From the NCBI GenBank assembly GCA_047601445.1, contig JASGJH010000001.1, forward strand, positions 1,664,001 through 1,728,000: 64,000 nucleotides of DNA, written 5' to 3'. The stretch comes from Myxococcales bacterium (GTDB taxonomy: Bacteria; Myxococcota_A; Polyangia; Polyangiales; DASUME01). Made by a program: the position numbers and the translations under genes. This document shows positions 58,669-64,000 of this stretch, in pieces; the first letter of the stretch is position 1; every line of letters begins with the position of its first letter. Under the pieces are notes generated by a model. It was not told where the DNA came from, did not search any database, and saw nothing but the letters and a program-made list of their open reading frames with translations.

Positions 58669-59784
58669 ATGACGCAGCACGACCGTGACCGGGCTTGGGC
58701 GGACTGGGCCATGCGCTTGATCGCGGCCGACTTCCGACGGTCGGCCGATACCAATCTGTTGCCGGTACACGTGCCGGGCTTCCCGGGCATCAAGCTCTAC
58801 CTCAAAGACGAATCGACCCACGTCACGGGTAGCCTGAAGCACCGCCTGGCGCGCGCACTCTTCCTCTACGCGCTGGCGAATGGGAACTTGCGTGAGGGCA
58901 CCCTGGTGGTCGAGGCGTCGTCTGGGAGCACGGCCATCTCGGAGGCTTACTTCGCCCGCCTGCTGAAGCTACCTTTCGTGGCGGTGATGCCCGCGGCGAC
59001 CTCCAAGGAGAAGGTGGCCATCATCGAGTCCTATGGGGCGCGCTGCCACCTGGTCGATGATCCCACAACGGTCTACGCGGTGGCCGCGCGGATCGCAGGC
59101 GAGGCACGTGGCCACTACATGGATCAGTTTACGTTCGCCGAGCGAGCCACCGATTGGCGCGGCAACAACAACATCGCCGAGAGCATTTTCCAGCAGATGT
59201 CCGAGGAGGAGCATCCCGTGCCACGCTGGCTCGTGGTGGGCGCGGGGACGGGCGGCACGGCGACCACGCTAGGGCGCTACATCCGTTACCGCAATTACGC
59301 CACGCAGCTGTGCGCGGTGGACCCCGAACACTCGGTCACCTTCGACTACTACCGCACGGGAAACGCCGCGCTGCAATCCGAGCGCTCTTCGGGCATCGAA
59401 GGCATCGGGCGCCCACGAGTCGAACCGTCCTTCGTGCGCACCGTGATCCACCGCATGATCAAAGTACCCGATGCGGCCTCCTACGCGGCAATGTTCTTCC
59501 TGGCCAAGCTGATCGGCAAACGCACGGGGCCTTCCACGGGAACGAACCTGTGGGCGGCCTTCGAGTTGATGTGCGAGATGGCCGCCGCGGGGGAGCAGGG
59601 GTCCGTCGTCACGTTGATCTGCGACTCGGGCGAGCGCTACTTGCAGACCTACTACAGCGACGTGTGGATGGCGCAGAAGAAGATCGACCTACGCGCATGG
59701 CGTCGCCAGCTCAAGTCGGCCTCCGAGACCGGCACCTGGGAGTCGCTCGTTCCTAGCGCAACCCTGGACGACCTTGAAAGGTGA
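58669..59784 (+). CDS. cds1: PLP-dependent cysteine synthase family, Cds1-like L-cysteine desulfhydrase
   Basis: [43 protein letters not shown] and [13 protein letters not shown] motifs. Confidence 0.88.
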   Translation: MTQHDRDRAWADWAMRLIAADFRRSADTNLLPVHVPGFPGIKLYLKDESTHVTGSLKHRLARALFLYALANGNLREGTLVVEASSGSTAISEAYFARLLKLPFVAVMPAATSKEKVAIIESYGARCHLVDDPTTVYAVAARIAGEARGHYMDQFTFAERATDWRGNNNIAESIFQQMSEEEHPVPRWLVVGAGTGGTATTLGRYIRYRNYATQLCAVDPEHSVTFDYYRTGNAALQSERSSGIEGIGRPRVEPSFVRTVIHRMIKVPDAASYAAMFFLAKLIGKRTGPSTGTNLWAAFELMCEMAAAGEQGSVVTLICDSGERYLQTYYSDVWMAQKKIDLRAWRRQLKSASETGTWESLVPSATLDDLER

Positions 59785-59791
59785 GAGGGGC

Positions 59792-60163
59792 ATGGCGAAG
59801 ATCCTTCTGATTGAAGACAACGAAATGAACCGCGATATGCTCTCTCGCCGGCTAGTCCGCAGAGGGCACGAGGTCTCGCTGGCATTCGACGGACGACAGG
59901 GCCTCGACAAGGCGCAGCGCGAGCTCCCCGATCTCGTTCTGATGGACATTAGCCTCCCCGAGATCGATGGTTGGGAGGCAACCCGCCGCTTGCGCGCGAA
60001 TCCCACGACGGCGGGTATCCCGGTGATCGCACTGACGGCCCATGCCTTGGAGACCGATCGCGCGACGTCGCTGGAGGCGGGCTGCGACGACTACGACACC
60101 AAGCCCGTGGAGCTAGAGCGCCTGTTGGGCAAGATGGACGCGTTGCTCGCGCGCAAGCGCTGA
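59792..60163 (+). CDS. single-domain response regulator (DivK/CheY-like)
   Basis: IEDN, LMDISLP, ALTA and TKP motifs. Confidence 0.95.
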   Translation: MAKILLIEDNEMNRDMLSRRLVRRGHEVSLAFDGRQGLDKAQRELPDLVLMDISLPEIDGWEATRRLRANPTTAGIPVIALTAHALETDRATSLEAGCDDYDTKPVELERLLGKMDALLARKR

Positions 60164-60166
60164 CCG

Positions 60167-61375
60167 ATGCCGGGCCCTGCGGCATTTCTCGTGCAGATGC
60201 GCCACGAGCTGCGCAACCCGGTGAATGCCATCCTGGGCTACAGCCAGCTCTTGCTCGAGGAGGCTGATGGCGATGCGCTCGATGCCGAGGCGCGCCGCGA
60301 CATCTTGCGTATCGAGGACGCCGGTCGCCAGCTGCTGCGGGTGATCAACGAGATCCTCGATCCCGTGGGGTCCCTCGAGCAGGACGTCGCCGTGATCGGG
60401 GCACGCCTGCGCCATGCGGTACGCACCCCGGTGACGAGCGTGCAGGGATACGTCGAGATGATCCTCGAGCAGGAAAACGAGGACACTCCCCTTGCCAAAG
60501 ACCTGCTGCGGATTCACCAGGCCGCGGGCACGCTGGTCGAGCTGACCAACTCCATGGAGAGGCTGTACCTGTTGCGCACCGGCGCGAGCGCCAACATCGA
60601 ACCGGGCGAGAGCTCGGCCGAGGCCATCCAAGTGGCCAGCACGCTGGAGCAACTTCCCAAGGACACCACGCGCGCAGGACTCTTGCTGGTGATCGACGAC
60701 GAGGAGCCCAATCGCTCGCTGCTTCAGCGCAGGTTGGCCCTACAAGGGCACGACGTGTTGCTGGCCGCGAGTGGTGAGGAGGGACTCACGTTGGCCGAGA
60801 GTTACCCGGTGGACGTGATCCTGCTCGATATCATGATGCCCGGCCTCAACGGCTATGAAGTGCTCGCGCGCATCAAGGCGAGCGCACGTCTGCGCGAGAT
60901 CCCGGTGCTGATGACGACCGCGCTCGACGAACCTGCCAGCATCAGCGCCTGCCTCCAACTGGGTGCCGAGGACTACCTTGCCAAGCCGTTCGAGCCCGTC
61001 GTGCTGCGGGCACGTGTCTCGTCTTGCCTGGCGCGCAAACGTGCGCGCAGCTTCGAGCTCGACTACCTGCGCGGTGTCGCCGCGGTGACCTCGGCGGCGG
61101 TGGCCGTGGAGAGCGGTTCGTTCGATCCCGCCTCTTTGGATGAAGTCGGGCAGAGGCCCGACGCCCTGGGCAACCTGGCCCGACTCTTTCGGCGAGTTGG
61201 AGTCGAGGTCGCCGCGCGCGAGCGCCGTCTACGCGAACGCGTGGAGCAGCTGAAGATCGAGATCGATCACCACAAGAAGGCGACGCAGGTCGCCGAGATT
61301 ACCGAGTCGGACTACTTTCGTGGCCTGCGCGAGCAGGTGCGCGGACTCGCCGCGCGTCGGAAAGACCGCCCATGA
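60167..61375 (+). CDS. HisKA-HisKA-receiver protein with C-terminal coiled tail
   Basis: RHELRNP and RHAVRTP H-boxes; receiver DD/D/T/K residues; no HATPase; tail LKIEID…QVAEITESDYF. Confidence 0.8.
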   Translation: MPGPAAFLVQMRHELRNPVNAILGYSQLLLEEADGDALDAEARRDILRIEDAGRQLLRVINEILDPVGSLEQDVAVIGARLRHAVRTPVTSVQGYVEMILEQENEDTPLAKDLLRIHQAAGTLVELTNSMERLYLLRTGASANIEPGESSAEAIQVASTLEQLPKDTTRAGLLLVIDDEEPNRSLLQRRLALQGHDVLLAASGEEGLTLAESYPVDVILLDIMMPGLNGYEVLARIKASARLREIPVLMTTALDEPASISACLQLGAEDYLAKPFEPVVLRARVSSCLARKRARSFELDYLRGVAAVTSAAVAVESGSFDPASLDEVGQRPDALGNLARLFRRVGVEVAARERRLRERVEQLKIEIDHHKKATQVAEITESDYFRGLREQVRGLAARRKDRP

Positions 61376-61423
61376 CTCAACGCGACCCCGCTAGCCCGCG
61401 TCAGGCCCGCATCAGGAGGTAGC

Positions 61424-62176
61424 ATGTCGAAGATCGTCTCCATCCACTCGTATCGGGGCGGCACCGGAAAGTCGAACCTCACGGCTAACCTGGCGGCAGC
61501 GCTCGCGGGCCTGGGCAAGCGCGTGGCCGTGGTCGACACGGACATTCAATCCCCTGGCATCCACATGTTGTTCGGGCTCTCGGACATGGACGAGCTCAAG
61601 ACGCTCAACGACTACCTCTGGGGACGCTGCGCCATCCGCGAGACTGCAGTCGACGTCACCCCTACCTCCCTCGATGGCACGGGGGGCAAGGTGTGGCTAG
61701 TCCCCTCGAGCCTCAAAGCTGGCGAGATCGCCAAGGTGCTGCGCGAGGGCTACGACGTCGGGCTACTCAACGATGGCTTCCGTGACCTGATGGACGAGCT
61801 CGAGCTCGATCACTTGCTGATCGACACGCACCCAGGGCTGAACGAGGAGACCTTGCTCTCGATTGCCATCTCCGACGAGCTCGTCGTCTTGCTGCGCCCA
61901 GATCGCCAGGATTTTCAGGGCACGGCGGTCACGGTGGAGGTCGCACGCAAGCTCGAGGTCACCCAGCTCGTGATGGTGCTCAACAAGGTACTGCCCAGCG
62001 TTCTCGAGCGCGGCTTCGTGGCAGAAGTCGAGCGTGCGTACGGAGCGCCCGTGATCGGCGTCTTGCCAGAGTCGAGCGAGATGCTGGAGCTTGGCAGCAG
62101 CGCCTTGTTCAGCCTGCGTTTTCCAGACCATCCGCTCAGCCGCGAGATGAGGCGGGTTGCGGCGCAACTAGTCTAG
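61424..62176 (+). CDS. MinD/ParA family ATPase
   Basis: HSYRGGTGKSN deviant Walker A, VDTDIQSPG, IDTHPG and LNKV motifs; GGAGG RBS. Confidence 0.92.
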   Translation: MSKIVSIHSYRGGTGKSNLTANLAAALAGLGKRVAVVDTDIQSPGIHMLFGLSDMDELKTLNDYLWGRCAIRETAVDVTPTSLDGTGGKVWLVPSSLKAGEIAKVLREGYDVGLLNDGFRDLMDELELDHLLIDTHPGLNEETLLSIAISDELVVLLRPDRQDFQGTAVTVEVARKLEVTQLVMVLNKVLPSVLERGFVAEVERAYGAPVIGVLPESSEMLELGSSALFSLRFPDHPLSREMRRVAAQLV

Positions 62177-62179
62177 AGG

Positions 62180-63613
62180 TCAGCCGGGTTCGCTGCTTTC
62201 GGGTGCGGTCCGAGGTAGCGTCACCGTGAAGGTCGAGCCGACGCCCTGCGTGCTCTCGACGGTGATGTCGCCGCCCAGGATGCGACAGAGCTTGCGGCTG
62301 AGCGCGAGCCCGAGCCCCGTCCCGCCGTACTTGCTGCTGGTGCTGCTTTCGGCCTGCGTGAACTCCTGAAACAGCGAGCCGAGCTGGTCGGGCGTGATGC
62401 CGATGCCCGTGTCGCGCACCGCGAACTTCAAGAGCTTGCCGTCGGCTTCTGCCGAGACCGAGAGCGTGACCGTGCCGCGTTCGGTGAACTTCGCCGCGTT
62501 GGACATCAAGTTGAGGAGCACCTGCCGAACCTTGGTGACGTCCGTATGAAGTGCGCCGAGCTCTCCCTGGGTCTCCACGACGAGCTTGTTATCCTTCTTC
62601 TTGAACAAGGGCTCGGCCACGGACACCACAGCGGTCAGCATCGCCGTGACATCGACTTGCTCGGCAAAGATCGCCATTCGGCCCGCCTCGATCTTGCTCA
62701 GGTCGAGCACGTCGGTGATGAGCGCCAAGAGGTGTCGTCCGCTCGCGTTGATCTTCGACAGGTCCTCCGTGAAGGCTCCTTCGCCGCGCTCCGTGGCCTC
62801 TTCGTGCAGCATCTCGCTGTAGCCGATGATGGCGTTGAGCGGGGTGCGCAGCTCGTGGGACATGTTGGCCAGAAAGCGCGACTTGTGGCGGCTGGCCTCC
62901 GCGATCTCGAGGTTGCGTTGCTCGAGCTGGCTCAGCGCTTCGGACAACGCGCTGGTCGACACCTCCAGGCGCTGGTTGAGCGAAACTTGGGCGGCCTTCT
63001 CTGCGTCGAGCAGGGAGGCGTGGTAGCGGATGGCGGAATACACGATGGTGCCGACCGCGGCGATGTGGAACAGGAAGAAGAACCTGCGCGCGTTCTCGGG
63101 CAAGAACGGCGCGTGGCTCGCCAGCATGGGGTCGATGGCCGTGAACGCCAAGAGCGCGACCAAGAGCGCGACGAACCAGGGTAGCGATTGGCGCGCACCG
63201 TGGAAGAGGATGGCGACGAGCGGGGCCAGGAACGTCCACAGGATGAACCCGCTCGAGTTGGCAAAGCCCCCAAGAAAGAACTGCAACGCCAGGGGTCCCA
63301 GGAAGATGAGCAATGCCTGCTGGAAGCGAAACCGCGGGAAGTTGCGCGTGATCAGAAACACGATCGCACTCACGACCGTCAGTCCCTGATAAACGAGGGG
63401 CACCATCGCAGCGAGTGGCACGCCGAGCTTGTAGTAGGTCAAAGCCAGGGTCGGACAGGCCGGCGCCTTGGCTAGCGCGACGGTGAGGAGCAGGCGCTTC
63501 TTGCGCAACGCTGCATCGTCATCTCCCGGCGCCGCAACCACCGTGACCAGACGTTCCCACAACCGAGCTATGGCCCCCGGCGGGCTCGTCTCCGCGGTTG
63601 CTGCTGCCGACAT
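62180..63613 (-). CDS. membrane sensor histidine kinase (6 TM + HisKA + HATPase)
   Basis: [24 protein letters not shown] and GGTGLGL motifs. Start refined to ATG 63613 with GGAGG RBS. Confidence 0.93.
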   Translation of the reverse strand: MSAAATAETSPPGAIARLWERLVTVVAAPGDDDAALRKKRLLLTVALAKAPACPTLALTYYKLGVPLAAMVPLVYQGLTVVSAIVFLITRNFPRFRFQQALLIFLGPLALQFFLGGFANSSGFILWTFLAPLVAILFHGARQSLPWFVALLVALLAFTAIDPMLASHAPFLPENARRFFFLFHIAAVGTIVYSAIRYHASLLDAEKAAQVSLNQRLEVSTSALSEALSQLEQRNLEIAEASRHKSRFLANMSHELRTPLNAIIGYSEMLHEEATERGEGAFTEDLSKINASGRHLLALITDVLDLSKIEAGRMAIFAEQVDVTAMLTAVVSVAEPLFKKKDNKLVVETQGELGALHTDVTKVRQVLLNLMSNAAKFTERGTVTLSVSAEADGKLLKFAVRDTGIGITPDQLGSLFQEFTQAESSTSSKYGGTGLGLALSRKLCRILGGDITVESTQGVGSTFTVTLPRTAPESSEPG

Positions 63614-63718
63614 CCCAACCTCCCGAGTCGCCCGCAAGCTATCACAAAACAGCAGTACCCAAGGCCGCGGAGCACCTTCTGGCGTGCTTTCTGCATCGCG
63701 CTCGGCTGGAGGGGCACG

Positions 63719-64000
63719 ATGAAATTGCACGTCCTGGCCGCGCTGGCCTTGTCCGCCCTGGCGTCCTGCGGCAGCGATGACCTCGGCACCGGCGTGGAGG
63801 AGCCCGACTGTCCAAAGGGCTCCACGCTCACCTACGCAGAGAACATCCAGCCCTTCATGGCGGAGTACTGCACCAGCTGTCACTCCGCTAGCGTGCCGGA
63901 ATCCCAGCGCGACGGGGCACCGACCAATCTGAACTTCGACACCGAAGCGGAGATCATCGCGAATACCACCGGAATCATCAAGCAAGCGGCGGCTGGTCCA
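63719..64000 (+). CDS. c-type cytochrome lipoprotein (runs off the window)
   Basis: Not in the ORF track. Read manually: [17 protein letters not shown] lipobox and CTSCH heme-binding motif. Confidence 0.75.
   Translation, partial: MKLHVLAALALSALASCGSDDLGTGVEEPDCPKGSTLTYAENIQPFMAEYCTSCHSASVPESQRDGAPTNLNFDTEAEIIANTTGIIKQAAAGP

Noticed and set aside
1..64000. tRNA, rRNA, IS elements, prophage or defence genes
   Set aside because: No recognisable signatures by eye. A covariance-model or HMM scan would be needed to exclude small elements.

Overview
High-GC bacterial DNA, most likely Myxococcota (Polyangiales-like). This is inferred from the MxcH/MxcI-like uptake pair, many Cys-rich lipoproteins and an RCC1-repeat lipoprotein. 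About 55 genes or gene remnants are present. I saw no rRNA, tRNA, CRISPR array, transposase or integrase. Blocks in order: (1) iron-uptake genes with Fur-like boxes at 1-6 kb; (2) lipoproteins, an OprB porin, and a BTAD regulator with a 1-Cys peroxiredoxin/SQR-like operon; (3) a large S8 protease with PKD and two PHB-depolymerase-type binding domains; (4) an ArsR/SRPBCC module and a duplicated, decaying HExxH+lipase pair interrupted by a TetR-SDR-hydrolase cassette; (5) an NRPS-independent hydroxamate (desferrioxamine-type) siderophore cluster with two synthetases and unusual accessory genes at 36.5-49.3 kb; (6) a second S8 protease, an MBL hydrolase, a GH5 with six N-terminal repeats, and a double GT-C fusion; (7) a Cds1-like enzyme and a receiver / HisKA-HisKA-receiver / MinD-like / sensor kinase module. 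The most striking sequence-level signal is that five independent frameshifts in four genes are all the same event, GATC read as GAATC or GATTC. This suggests a DNA modification at GATC that disturbs basecalling rather than real pseudogenes. All calls come from motif recognition by eye; no searches were run.
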